DNA from: Sporopachydermia quercuum
Taxonomy: Eukaryota
Direction: 5' to 3'
NCBI GenBank assembly: GCA_001599295.1
Contig: BCGN01000006.1
Coordinates: 1-64,000 of the forward strand
DNA: 64,000 nt
The position numbers and the translations under genes are program-made. Positions 46,357 to 57,761 of the stretch are shown one piece after another. The notes under the pieces are model-generated. The model ran no database searches. It had not been told where the DNA came from and saw nothing but the letters and a program-made list of their open reading frames with translations. Numbering within the stretch: position 1 is the stretch's first letter; the number at the start of each line of letters is the position of its first letter.

Positions 46357-47253
46357 ATGAGGTTCTCGGGATTTGTCCTGTATCAGTGTCGTTTATTTCA
46401 TTTGGGATGCTTGCATACACGGTTTCACCTGCCACTACTAATAAACAGTTCTAACTCATCCAAATTTTCCCAGAAGTTGTTCTCTACCAAATCTTTTCAG
46501 CAAAACTCAGCTTCTATGTCAGAAATATTACCAGACTTCTCAGAATGGTCTATTGAAACGGCTCTGCCGTCAGATATTAAAGTTGAGCTAGAGGAACTGA
46601 AAGACAATTCCTCTGTAGATAAAGAAACAACTGCGGCCGAATTTTTGCTGATATTTCTCAATATTGTTCGTAAATTGAAGGCAACTGAAAGAACAGGCTG
46701 GCTGCACTTTAATATCCCAAGAGCTGAATCAATTGCCGATCATATGTACCGTATGAGCATAATATCATTGACTTCCAAGGCTAATGCTAATGTGGGTAAA
46801 ATGATCCAAATAAGTTTGGTTCACGATATGGCTGAAGCCTTAGTTGGAGATATAACTCCTCATGATAACATTTCAAAGGATGAAAAGCATAGAAGAGAGA
46901 AAACAGCAATAGGATATATTGTATCCCTAGTGAAGGAATATAATAGTAAAGCGAGTGATGACATATCGAAGTACTGGAACGAATATGAGGATCAGTCAAG
47001 TCTAGAAGCGATGTTAGTAAAAGACATTGACAAGTTTGAAATGATGGTTCAAGCCTTTGAATACGAAGTGGAGAGTGTAGAGAAGTATGAGAAATCTAAG
47101 CAACAGGGACTCATTGACGAATCAATCGTTGTTCATCTTGATGAGTTTATGACTAGCAGGTCATCAATCAAAACAGAAGAGATTTCTAAGCTAGCTGATA
47201 CTCTGTTGAATAGAAGAAAGAGATTTTGGGAGCTGTGCAATGATAAGGCATAG
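46357..47253 (+). CDS. HD-domain 5'-deoxynucleotidase (YBR242W/Ygk1/HDDC2-like); first ATG 46357, second ATG 46516
   Basis: LKATERTGW, ESIADHMYRM, VHDMAEALVGDITP and VKDIDKFEM. Confidence 0.92.
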   Translation: MRFSGFVLYQCRLFHLGCLHTRFHLPLLINSSNSSKFSQKLFSTKSFQQNSASMSEILPDFSEWSIETALPSDIKVELEELKDNSSVDKETTAAEFLLIFLNIVRKLKATERTGWLHFNIPRAESIADHMYRMSIISLTSKANANVGKMIQISLVHDMAEALVGDITPHDNISKDEKHRREKTAIGYIVSLVKEYNSKASDDISKYWNEYEDQSSLEAMLVKDIDKFEMMVQAFEYEVESVEKYEKSKQQGLIDESIVVHLDEFMTSRSSIKTEEISKLADTLLNRRKRFWELCNDKA

Positions 47254-47621
47254 TTCGAGTTAATTGGAGGAGAATAATGCTTGAAACAAACGCAAATATA
47301 GAATGCAGAACGCATGGCAATGAATCAAATCATATGCATACCTGATGACAGTTGGACTACTATTTCTATTATTTACATTATACATTAATATCAAAATATG
47401 ATGTCATTTAACGTATTATCATACCTATTAGACAAATTGCATACTTATGTGTACATTTTTATTCAATAGCTGTGCCATAGCTATGTTACTATAATATAAT
47501 AATCCATTTACATATGAGCTCCTGTCATTGTTTCAACGGTCGTTTATTCTATAATTACGTCTTTTTATTCTACTAAAGTACATTTGCCTCCTTGTTTACC
47601 CCTTCGCCTTTTCTGCTATTA

Positions 47622-49148
47622 TCAGACATTATCCACATCAAACAACAACCGTGATAATGTATGTCTGGCAAACAGCGCTGTCATTCCTAAAACAAACTGT
47701 ATGCCCATCAATAACAATGTCACCTTATCTTCTCGCATAGGTCCGAACCATACGATCACCAAATTAATTAACGTCATATTAGAACATTGTTTGATGACGC
47801 TCACTTTTTTTTCTTCCTCATCGTTCTCTTTGATAACAATTTCTTCTTTCCATAACTTGAGCAAATAAAGCTTCTCAAGCACCAAAAGTAAAACCCTTAC
47901 AGCTTTCTTTGGAGGCGTATCGAATGTGGTTCTTGATGGATACATAAGTCCATCATCAGGATTGAACTTGGGCAGCCTGTGGCGAGGACAGTCGATGACT
48001 TTGAATANCTGGGGTACACTATACAGGAAATTAAACGTCTGAGGAATAAAAAACAACAGCAGAGTTTTCGAGAAATGGCCCAGAATGCCTACTACAGCGA
48101 AAACCATGCCAGAGAAATAGCAATAAGTGTCTCCTACAAACACTCTAGCTGGGAACCAATTGAAGTATAGAACAGCTAATGACCCTCCAAGCCAAGGTAG
48201 CAAAAGAATGAGAGAAAATAAATGTGGCTGATGCGATAAGATGTCCTTAGAACTGGTCAAATATAATAAATCATTAGCTATGATACAAATGGCAATTACC
48301 ACCGATTGGCCAACTTCTAGTCCGTTGACCCCAGCAAGTATATTAATAGAATTAGGACAGAATATAGCAATAGCTGCCATATACCCATAATACAACCAGC
48401 CTAAGTCAATGATTCTTGCGCCAGTGATCCAGCTGGGATTCCAGAAAAAGAGTATTTTCTGTAGTGATTGAGGCACCAATACATAGGTAACACCAAAATC
48501 TATATAGTATACTACCAGCAAAGGAATAGCTGCAATTGCAGGCAGGAAAAACTTATTCCTCCATCTAATATCAAACAAATCATCAGCCATTCCTAATACT
48601 AACATACTCTCTAAGCACAGCAGCGCGGATAGATATTCTGCTAATTTATTGTGCGGAAATAAGGGTATGGCGGAGCCCTCAACTTGACCATTGTAGGCAG
48701 CACGAAAAACTGACACAGGTATATAGCTGACCCCAAATTCTTTGGAGACTTCAAATCCTTCATCTCTAATACCTCCTCCAGAGGTGTTGGTCACCAAGTA
48801 CTTAAAGAACATGAATGGGATGAAAAATAGCATTCCTAGTAAGTATGCTAAAGCAGCAACAGCTCCCATTGACTCTGGTAGTATGAACCCAACTTTCTTA
48901 GACATATCTTTTCCTTTCAAACCAATTGAGATGAATAGCGGGCCCATTCTTGGGATCATGAAAGCTGTAGCAAGACCAATAAGTATTGAAAATCCAGACA
49001 ATGCTAGAATTGGTTGATACACTTCTGACCCAAGGATGAGTGATAGAGCTAAAAATAAAAGAGATAGCTGGCCAAAGGTCCAGGCTGTGATTTGACTTTC
49101 CGAGCCGCTGGAACCAGCTACACTGGCTTTCTTTCTACTGGGTGCCAT
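47622..49148 (-). CDS. ALG7: UDP-GlcNAc:dolichyl-phosphate GlcNAc-1-P transferase
   Basis: GKDMSK, PESMG, ADDLFDIRWR, FCPNSINILAGVNGLEVGQ, FVGDTYCYF and CPRHRLP. Confidence 0.97.
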   Translation of the reverse strand: MAPSRKKASVAGSSGSESQITAWTFGQLSLLFLALSLILGSEVYQPILALSGFSILIGLATAFMIPRMGPLFISIGLKGKDMSKKVGFILPESMGAVAALAYLLGMLFFIPFMFFKYLVTNTSGGGIRDEGFEVSKEFGVSYIPVSVFRAAYNGQVEGSAIPLFPHNKLAEYLSALLCLESMLVLGMADDLFDIRWRNKFFLPAIAAIPLLVVYYIDFGVTYVLVPQSLQKILFFWNPSWITGARIIDLGWLYYGYMAAIAIFCPNSINILAGVNGLEVGQSVVIAICIIANDLLYLTSSKDILSHQPHLFSLILLLPWLGGSLAVLYFNWFPARVFVGDTYCYFSGMVFAVVGILGHFSKTLLLFFIPQTFNFLYSVPQXFKVIDCPRHRLPKFNPDDGLMYPSRTTFDTPPKKAVRVLLLVLEKLYLLKLWKEEIVIKENDEEEKKVSVIKQCSNMTLINLVIVWFGPMREDKVTLLLMGIQFVLGMTALFARHTLSRLLFDVDNV

Positions 49149-50205
49149 TTCTAGTATATTGCTGATCAGTAGAAAACATCCACATTTGATTGCTGAAATA
49201 GATGATGAGTTTGAGAGTAATGGTTATAATCTTGGAATGAGAAGGGAGTAACTACTACCAAACAAATACCCTAAGAGTTCAGTAGAATAGGTTGTTTCTG
49301 CAGGAAGTTCACATAGAAGTATAACTTAGCCAGCACTACCAGAAGAATACAATCCTAAGAGTTTGTCCCATTGTTCAAAAGCTGTTGTTTTATTGTTGAC
49401 TCTTTCTATTTCATGTTCTCGTTGACATTACTTTTCTTTTGTTTAGTGCCTGAAGAGATTGATTATTGACACGTCGATATGCAACATTATGCACGAGAAA
49501 TCAGGAAAAACAGTAAATTACATTCTAAATTAAGGTTCGCAACCTTAATATCATCGATCCTAATAGTTGTATCATGCTTTTGTTGGAAAATTGAACAAAT
49601 ATTATTTTTACTTTTCAATGTTGCTTTTTGAGCGATATTCCACACTTGCAGTTATTTATACTTAAATGAAAATGCACTTACGTTATTAACTTCCTGTATT
49701 ATGTTCATTTTAACTGAGTCTCAAGTTAAATCCATTTTACGATAAAACAGCTCTCTCCAAGATAAGGTTACTGTTCGTTTAAACTGTCTAAACCTTATTT
49801 ATATGTTTTAGTACCTTTACCCAACCACCTAATTTTCACATGAAAATGTCAGTAATAATTTCCGCTGTTTAATTAGTGTCAATTCATTATTAGCCTGCAC
49901 AACATTCTTCCACTTTTCTTGTACCACTTCTTTTCCCTCTTACTCAATCATTTAGCATAGACACCAGGTTTTAGTTATCATTTTTGAGAAAATATGCTGC
50001 GAAATTCAAGCATAAGTGAAGAAGTTACTTTTTTTTAGAAGTTGGTGAATCTAGAAGGTTAAGTATATAGCTAGTGTTTGTATTGGGACATAGTGGAAGT
50101 TTGGAGTTGGGAGTGTAAACGGTCAACCTTCGTGAATCAGCTTTCTAGCTAATAATTCAAAATATACATATATGTTTACAATTCAGATAAAAGTTAGATA
50201 ATTAT

Positions 50206-53200
50206 ATGGCAATGTTTCATGAAGAGGGACTTCTCACGGGAGATGACTTACTGACTGGCAGTGTCATCACNTTTAACGATGAAGCACCAAGCAATGGTAG
50301 AAACCATTTGGTAATGAGAGGTATTGAACGGCTAAAGAGGAAGTTGAATGAAATGAAAGCCCATTATGATTATAGTGATAGTGATTCATCTTTAGGAGCT
50401 CGTGAAAAGCTTATGCAATCCACTATTCATCCTCTACTGAACTATCTTCCAGAAAGCATCCGAAATTACATTTCATTACCGAGTGATGGTGCTTCACAGT
50501 ATGTTGCAAATCTGCTGAAAAATGCAAGAGAGGCAACCAGTTACGAAGAGTGGCTTGCAGCTGCAGAAGAACTTGATACGATACTTGGAAATAACGAGTG
50601 GAAAAAAATCGAGGAGTCGCCATTGTATGATTATGAGCTTCTCAGAGCACGTTTATGTCAAATGCGAACAGCAAGACTTGATAATGACTATGCAAANTTA
50701 TTATTTTATGTTAGAACAACATGGAGCCGTAATTTGGGAGATATAGGTAATTTGTTATTGTACAAACACTCATATACAGGTACAAAAAATCTGATTGAAG
50801 ACTACATTGTTGAATGCAATCTTGCACTGGAAGCATTGTGCTCTGAACAGTGTACATTGGACGAAAAGTATGTTCTAAACATGCTTATTCAAACTAGAAA
50901 AGCGTTTGGTAGAACGGCACTTGTTCTTTCGGGTGGAGGTTGCTTTGGGTTGTATCATATTGGCGTCTTGAAAGCTTTAGTTGATCTCAATTTATTACCA
51001 AGAGTAATCTCAGGATCATCAGCCGGAGCAATCTTTGCTAGTATTTTGTGTGTTCATACGAATGATGAGATTGATAAATTATTGAAATCATTAGCAAATA
51101 AGACTTTCAATATATTCGATGATGAGAATGATAAAGAAGGATTGCTCTTATGTCTTTCCAGATTCCTGAAACATGGTACATGGTTTGATAATAAATATTT
51201 GAAACAGACTATGCAAGAATTCCTGGGTAATCTCACATTTAAGGAAGCTTACAACAGAACAGGGAGAATCATTAATGTAACAGTCTCACCAGCTTCAATT
51301 CATGAACAACCACATTTGCTAAACTTTTTAACAGCTCCCAATGTTCTTATATGGTCAGCAGTATGTGCTTCATGTTCTCTTCCAGGAGTATTTGACTCCT
51401 CAACTATTTACCAGAAAAACACAAGAACTGGTGAGGCCGAACCATGGAGTAACTTTGTTAAGTTCGTTGATGGCTCGGTAGATAATGATCTACCCATCAA
51501 TCGGTTATCAGAGATGCTCGATGTTGATCATATAATTGCATGCCAAGTAAACCCTCATGTTACTCCATTTCTCAAAATCTCAACTATCGGATCAGGGGTA
51601 CCACCAAACAGTATAACAAAACCCAACATTAGAGCTGATAATTATAATCCTGAGAAAGATAGATCAACTGACTTTTTATCATTAGGGAGAACATTTCTTC
51701 ATAAAGCTTATAATTTTGGCTCAACTGAAGCAATACACTATTTAGATATTGCTGCTCAGTTTGGGTTCCTGAAGAATGTTGCTACTAAGTTGAAGTCGGT
51801 TCTAGCTCAAAGATATTTTGGCGATATCACTATTATTCCTGAAATACCTTTAATAGAACTGAACAAAATACTGGTAAATCCAACCCATGATTACATCACT
51901 TCGTGTATGTTGAGAGGAGCTCAGGCAACGTGGCCTAAAGTATCAATAATCAGAAACCACTGTTCATTAGAAATCGGTTTAGAACAGACTATCTATAAAT
52001 TAAGAGGAATGATGATAGCTAGAAAGACCCTAAAATATTCAGGTAACATGCCCCCGGCATTGGTTATATCCCCTATGAATACTGATAACGAATTTGATAG
52101 TGAATATACTATGGAAGCTGGCGATGGAAATGTCGGTGTTGGAAGCAGAATTTTTGATGATATTAATGATGGCAGTAATGGCTCAAAACACCCTTTAGAT
52201 CCAAATGTGATTGTTAAGCCATCTAAATTTGGTAGTATGTCTTCGAACCACCGTCCCAACAGAAAACTTTCTCTTAATGCTCTTACTGGTCCTATTTCGG
52301 GTTCTGAAATCAATGGAAAAGTCTCTCATTCGACCTCATTCAAACCAAATCACAAAGGAAGAAATCATCAAAGACATAGATCCGAGTCAGCAAGTGTTGC
52401 TTTGTTATCAAGATCAGTTCCAACTAATTATTCGTCGACAAGGCCGTCGCTGGAAAACATGAATATTCTTTATGACAACTATAGGACAGATTTTACCATT
52501 GACGGAACATTTGAACCAAGTAATGGTTCAACTAGCCAACCACAACATCAGCAGTACCATTTACGACAACATTATCAGTATCAGCGTCAACAATGTCTGA
52601 ATACCATTAAATCATCATCCTCATTCAAAGGCAGACCTTTATCTTCTTCTTCTTTGAAAACTATTTGCGACACCTCCCTCGATGGTACTTTGAAAACCAT
52701 AAACAATGTTTCACATTCATCAGGATCACAGACACCTTCTGCAAGAGCAAGACGTCAAACGTTACAATCACAATTCAATCTTGATGGCTCATCAGTTCCA
52801 TTGTCAGGCCAAGTATCTCCAGAAAAGTTTGAAATTCCCCCTTGGGCTTTCTCTGTTAGTCCAATGACCACGGGAAATACCTCTTTGGCAACTAGAAGAC
52901 TGAATATNGACAAAGTTCCGTCGGAAATGGCAAGAATTGACATAAAGATTAATCGTAATGAAGATTATGCTGATCGAATAGTGCCAAATGGTGATATGGA
53001 AGTGGAAGAAGATGAGAATAGCAGTCATAATGAATATGATTTAGAAGATGAANATTCATCCGAAGAGAGAGGCGGCAAAAATGAGGGATGCAATGGGTAT
53101 GTAAACAGTACTGGTTTTGGCGGAAATCAGGTCATTGGTGAGGATATTAGAGATGACAATTTTTATGATGATGTGAAGGAAAATAATAGCTTCAGTTATA

Positions 53201-53421
53201 TTGGTGATGGAACATCCAGAACAGAATCAAGACCTGATGGATTATTGTCAGTTGAGGATGAACTGAAGAACAGAGGCTTAGAATCACCGGATATTAATTC
53301 ACTCGCTAGCGCTGTTGTACATAGTAGGTCTACTGAAATGATTCGAACGATGAATGGTTCGCCTACTAGACTCAAAAGGAAGTCTAATAAATCTAAAGGT
53401 AGCCCTAATCTCAAACCTTGA
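50206..53421 (+). CDS. TGL4: Patatin-domain triacylglycerol lipase (Tgl4/Tgl5-like)
   Basis: FGRTALVLSGGG, GSSAG nucleophile, FVDGSVDNDLP and QVNPHV, with a long low-complexity C-terminus. Confidence 0.88.
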   Translation: MAMFHEEGLLTGDDLLTGSVIXFNDEAPSNGRNHLVMRGIERLKRKLNEMKAHYDYSDSDSSLGAREKLMQSTIHPLLNYLPESIRNYISLPSDGASQYVANLLKNAREATSYEEWLAAAEELDTILGNNEWKKIEESPLYDYELLRARLCQMRTARLDNDYAXLLFYVRTTWSRNLGDIGNLLLYKHSYTGTKNLIEDYIVECNLALEALCSEQCTLDEKYVLNMLIQTRKAFGRTALVLSGGGCFGLYHIGVLKALVDLNLLPRVISGSSAGAIFASILCVHTNDEIDKLLKSLANKTFNIFDDENDKEGLLLCLSRFLKHGTWFDNKYLKQTMQEFLGNLTFKEAYNRTGRIINVTVSPASIHEQPHLLNFLTAPNVLIWSAVCASCSLPGVFDSSTIYQKNTRTGEAEPWSNFVKFVDGSVDNDLPINRLSEMLDVDHIIACQVNPHVTPFLKISTIGSGVPPNSITKPNIRADNYNPEKDRSTDFLSLGRTFLHKAYNFGSTEAIHYLDIAAQFGFLKNVATKLKSVLAQRYFGDITIIPEIPLIELNKILVNPTHDYITSCMLRGAQATWPKVSIIRNHCSLEIGLEQTIYKLRGMMIARKTLKYSGNMPPALVISPMNTDNEFDSEYTMEAGDGNVGVGSRIFDDINDGSNGSKHPLDPNVIVKPSKFGSMSSNHRPNRKLSLNALTGPISGSEINGKVSHSTSFKPNHKGRNHQRHRSESASVALLSRSVPTNYSSTRPSLENMNILYDNYRTDFTIDGTFEPSNGSTSQPQHQQYHLRQHYQYQRQQCLNTIKSSSSFKGRPLSSSSLKTICDTSLDGTLKTINNVSHSSGSQTPSARARRQTLQSQFNLDGSSVPLSGQVSPEKFEIPPWAFSVSPMTTGNTSLATRRLNXDKVPSEMARIDIKINRNEDYADRIVPNGDMEVEEDENSSHNEYDLEDEXSSEERGGKNEGCNGYVNSTGFGGNQVIGEDIRDDNFYDDVKENNSFSYIGDGTSRTESRPDGLLSVEDELKNRGLESPDINSLASAVVHSRSTEMIRTMNGSPTRLKRKSNKSKGSPNLKP

Positions 53422-54242
53422 CTTAATCATGATTTTAGAATTGAAGCTATGGTTTTATTTTGAGTGTTTAATTTGGCTACAAGGTACAATTTATGTTTTT
53501 TATCGGCTATATGGTAATAATCCTTTGTAGATTCTCAATTAATAGATGCCAATTAAATTTCTACTACTCTTGCTATTCCTATTACTAATTATTTGTTTCA
53601 ATGCTTAAAAAGACAGCGTGATTGCTACCGAAGTCTCTTACAGCATTTTTTAACCGATATTACAGTAACATTACATGACTTCAGTTCACTCCCTTTGGTG
53701 AAAAAAGGAGTACAAAAGTAAATGAGCCAAACGAAAGGAAAGAACTGTCACCACACTCCTATATTATACAATTGATGTAAGATTTTAAAAGAAGAAAGAA
53801 TAAAAAACACTAAGTTCATATTAGAGTTCTTGATTCTTAAACATTATCTTGATAGTTTAAATTATGGGGTAAAGATGATATCTGGTTATCTATTCTGTGG
53901 AAACATTGACTTTTGATGAGAGTAGTTGGAATAATATAGTACCTCCACAAGCTACAGCTAATAGCTCGAAAGTATCAAAAACGAACAGAAACATAGTTAT
54001 CGTTGAATATTTTTCCAGCTTTCTCTTCCAATTTCCCTGACAAGAACTTAAAGTTTCAACTAATATGCACCTTCAGAATCACCCCAACCTTAACCTAATA
54101 TCACTTTTTTCCTAAATCTATTGCTTTTGTCACATGATGCCTGCTTTCCTTTTATACAGAAACGAAAGCATTTCTCTACATCTTTCATTTATATTATGGA
54201 AACATTATTGCGACATTTATTTCACCAGAGGTCAATTGTGGT

Positions 54243-56060
54243 ATGCATAAACGATCATCCCCTATCGCTATCAGTATCATCATACTTGCGACAGTTAATG
54301 TATCACATATTATAATGATTATTTTGAGACCTCAAGGAAGCACTTTAGCATTCTATCTAACTATTGGATGCGCGACAGGCGTGTTATTGTTCTTGATCAC
54401 TACTTTAGTATCACTGAGAACGTCGTTGGAAGGATTCAACCCTATACATAAATATACAGAGAGTGCAATTCAATCAGTTGTAAATTTAGCTAAACCAAAG
54501 CCGGAGCCAAAGCCGGGGCCGGAACATGAAGAGGGCTCGGCAAGCTGGGAAAGTGAATTTGAAATAGATAACTCAAAAGATGACTACTCTGCTGATTCGC
54601 AAAAGTCATCCGGCAACAATGTTGGTGATAAAAACGCTCCATCTTCCGATCCAAAGGATTTATTTGATATCGGTGCAACGGTGAGATATATACCATGGGA
54701 AGTACTTAAAGGGCTTAAACTACATTATGACACTGATCCACAAAACAATAATAACTTCAATTGGTCAAGTGTGGCATATGTTCAATACGCTACGGATCTT
54801 ATTTACACCTGCAATGCTATAATGGCTTTACAAAAGCTATATGATAATAAGGCAAAGCCTGATTTGGTGCTCCTTTATGATGAAGCCATCCATTCAGGGA
54901 GCCCTGTGAAAAATAAGAATAAGGCCATGGAGCTAATTAGCAAAGCACAAGCCGAAAATCCCCGATTGAAGCTTCGGCCTATTAAGATGCAATACTGGGA
55001 CTCTGATGATTCGACTTGGGCCCAATCGTTCAATAAATTCGCTGCTATGTCTCTAGATGAGTATGACAGAGTTATGATTTTTGACTCTGATAGTATTATC
55101 ATTGGTGATAATAACCTCGATGACTTTTTCTTTGCTCCGAAAGCTACGATTGCCATGCCATTAGGCTACTGGTTGACTAGCTTTGATGATAATCCTGAAA
55201 AGGTTTCTCTCACAGATGATGAGTTACAAGGATATTCTTCTGAGGCCAGAACTAATGATTTTATTAATCCGTTACTAGAATCAATTGCTAAAAATAACGA
55301 TACCTCAATTGATACAATTAGCAATTCATTACTAGAAAAATTACCATCTCTTGACCCTAAAAGTCTAGATTCAATTGTATGGAATGATCAACTGATCCTT
55401 GTGAGCCCTTGCAAAGAGCTGTACAATAACCTAAAGAAATTGGTTGAAACTAGAAGTAAATCTGAGTACGACATGGACTTAATCAATCAGTATTTATCAC
55501 CATTGGTGCTGAAAGACAGAATCGAAAGACAAATTGAGGCTGGGAAAGCAGACATCATTCCTGAAGTTTTAGTGCTTCCATCTTTAGTTATATCAGGAGA
55601 GTTCAAAGCAGACGATCATAGTGAATTTCTAATAGATGCCCATCATTACGATAAACTGATTAATGGAAAGCTACCAAAATGTTCTAGCCTCCAAAAGGAG
55701 GGCCTGACTGATGTTTTGCCGTACTGGTGTGATTGGAATGCTACCGATGTGCTGAAAAATCATGGTTTAGTACATTTCAGTGATTACCCTGTGCCTAAGC
55801 CTTGGTTTCATTGGATAGAAGGATCAGAGTATTTCGATAAGATACCAGTGTGCTCAGACGGTGATAAAGCTGTTAATTCACCAGATGGTGCGATATATGT
55901 ACAGGCTGGACCACCTTCTGAGTCGTCCGAACCTGAACTACCAACTCTAGAAACTAGAGAAGTTGTTATAGAAGATTGTGAGGCCGCTATAATATGGCAG
56001 AATTTATATAAGCAGTTTGCCACTAGAAAACAAAACATATGTGGTATGGACTTGTTGTAG
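54243..56060 (+). CDS. GNT1: GT8-family Golgi N-acetylglucosaminyltransferase (Gnt1-like); the real start may be ATG 54315
   Basis: N-terminal TM and stem, then AYVQYATD..Y.CNA, FDSD (DxD), YDMDLIN and VHFSDYPVPKPW. Confidence 0.8.
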   Translation: MHKRSSPIAISIIILATVNVSHIIMIILRPQGSTLAFYLTIGCATGVLLFLITTLVSLRTSLEGFNPIHKYTESAIQSVVNLAKPKPEPKPGPEHEEGSASWESEFEIDNSKDDYSADSQKSSGNNVGDKNAPSSDPKDLFDIGATVRYIPWEVLKGLKLHYDTDPQNNNNFNWSSVAYVQYATDLIYTCNAIMALQKLYDNKAKPDLVLLYDEAIHSGSPVKNKNKAMELISKAQAENPRLKLRPIKMQYWDSDDSTWAQSFNKFAAMSLDEYDRVMIFDSDSIIIGDNNLDDFFFAPKATIAMPLGYWLTSFDDNPEKVSLTDDELQGYSSEARTNDFINPLLESIAKNNDTSIDTISNSLLEKLPSLDPKSLDSIVWNDQLILVSPCKELYNNLKKLVETRSKSEYDMDLINQYLSPLVLKDRIERQIEAGKADIIPEVLVLPSLVISGEFKADDHSEFLIDAHHYDKLINGKLPKCSSLQKEGLTDVLPYWCDWNATDVLKNHGLVHFSDYPVPKPWFHWIEGSEYFDKIPVCSDGDKAVNSPDGAIYVQAGPPSESSEPELPTLETREVVIEDCEAAIIWQNLYKQFATRKQNICGMDLL

Positions 56061-57466
56061 AGAGTATTGGAAGTTGGAAATTATAGTAAACAAATGGTGG
56101 TGACATGTGTTTTCTCATTATTTGTTTACTTATATAACTAATTATGTATGAGGAAACACCTGGCTGAACTGAGTGACGAAAATAAACCTCGAAGTAGTGT
56201 TATAGGGTTTGTTAAATTCTAGAAGCCCGCCGGGAGGTCCANAAGGAAGATCATCACTTTATTGGCCTGTGCGAAAGAGAAACAGGGACAGCGTAGAGAT
56301 TGGTCATTATGTAGACTCACATCACCTCTTACTCATTCTTCTTTGGAGTGCGGGTGGAATGTACTTCAGATGTAGTTCATTTACTATTATTCAACAGTAT
56401 GTACCTTTCCAATACCGAGCTAGAACTTCTTCTTTCTATCCATACTAGTAAAGCAACTATCAGGTAGATTCTTTCTACTTTTACGGAGAATGAGTGGTTT
56501 TTCATTCTCACAGCTTTTCACATGCTATACCAATACAGATAAAGTTTACATACCGAACAACCTCCCATCTCATCTATCTTGATGCATCCTCGTATTTCTT
56601 CTTATCTTGTGAATACCCACATCATTTTCTTAGCCTCTTTCAGCCTTCAGAAAAGTTTGAGCACGTGCAATTACAAGATTCAACAATAAGGAGAAAGTGG
56701 CGTGGATATTAGCCGTTTCCTCCAATATGCCTCAAGAAAGAAAAGGTTCGAACTTATAATTGGAAATGTGTGGCTTATTTGATGAGTAACTAGTTTTATG
56801 ACTGATTGCAATACGGATTTGCTTAAGTACAAGTTGATAATAGTTTGGGCAGCGTGAAAGAAGAGCTTCTGGACGAAGAGTATCTGAAGATGGGGAGGCT
56901 ATTGCACGTTGTTAGAGCGATATTCTGGAACAAAATGTTTAGTCGGAAGAATAGTGAAACAGGAGCATCTATAATATATGAAATATATGTTTTTAGAGCA
57001 GTGAATNCTTCCCGTCTCTATGCTTTATTCAATCAACTTCATAATATTCACTCAGTCTTAACAGTTCCTACCGTACAGCTTGAACAGTTTGCTGCACCAT
57101 TAATTTCAACATCAAGGAATGGAACTTGTTAAAATAAATTCTATGAACAAGGAAAAGGAAGCAAATATTACTATCATTCCAGTAGTATATTAATTTCCTC
57201 AATCTATATAAGAAGTGAAGAAGTTGTAATCTTTGTTCTAATGGTTCATCCAGCACAACTCTTCGTTTCCCATTTCTAACTCTGAGCCACCATTTGTAAA
57301 CGATTTCCACTTCTAATATCAAGGAAAGTATTTTTTTTGTGGCTCATTTGTACATAAGGTTTAACAAGTTATATTTCCATAGCGAATGATTTTCAGTCTT
57401 CCGTACATTTACTCACAGTTTCGGGAGAAAATTTTTATTATGGTGAGAATGTGTCAAAAATGTCAA

Positions 57467-57473
57467 TGACTCA
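57467..57473. promoter_or_regulatory. Gcn4/AP-1 site TGACTCA upstream of phosphoglycerate dehydrogenase
   Basis: ATGACTCA about 290 bp before the ATG of an amino-acid biosynthetic gene, with a variant TTACTCA at 57409. Confidence 0.6.
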
Positions 57474-57761
57474 ACAAAGCTTCGGGTTATCTTCTTCTTC
57501 CAACGTTTATCTGATCGTGAATGATATAAATATGATAAGTTGTTTAGTCAAGTAGAATCAATTGAAGTGCTAGNATTCTACACAGATACTCGCTAAGACA
57601 TCAATACACACTCCTTATAAGTAGTTCAAGATTCATCTAACTGGATATTTCAACTAAGTCATCAAGGATCACAGTCATCAATATTTATTGTAAAGTAAGC
57701 GATAACGTCTACAATAGAGAATTGCTATCATCAAGCAAATATAAACATCAAATAGAATAAA

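Noticed and set aside
54197..54378. Alternative GNT1 first exon using GTATGC 54241 and CAG 54378
   Set aside because: The splice would be out of frame and hit a stop within six codons.
56556..56570. AACAACCTCCCATCT, a 13/15 match to the telomere repeat, as a telomerase RNA template
   Set aside because: The array is homogeneous, so a template must match exactly. Two mismatches exclude it.
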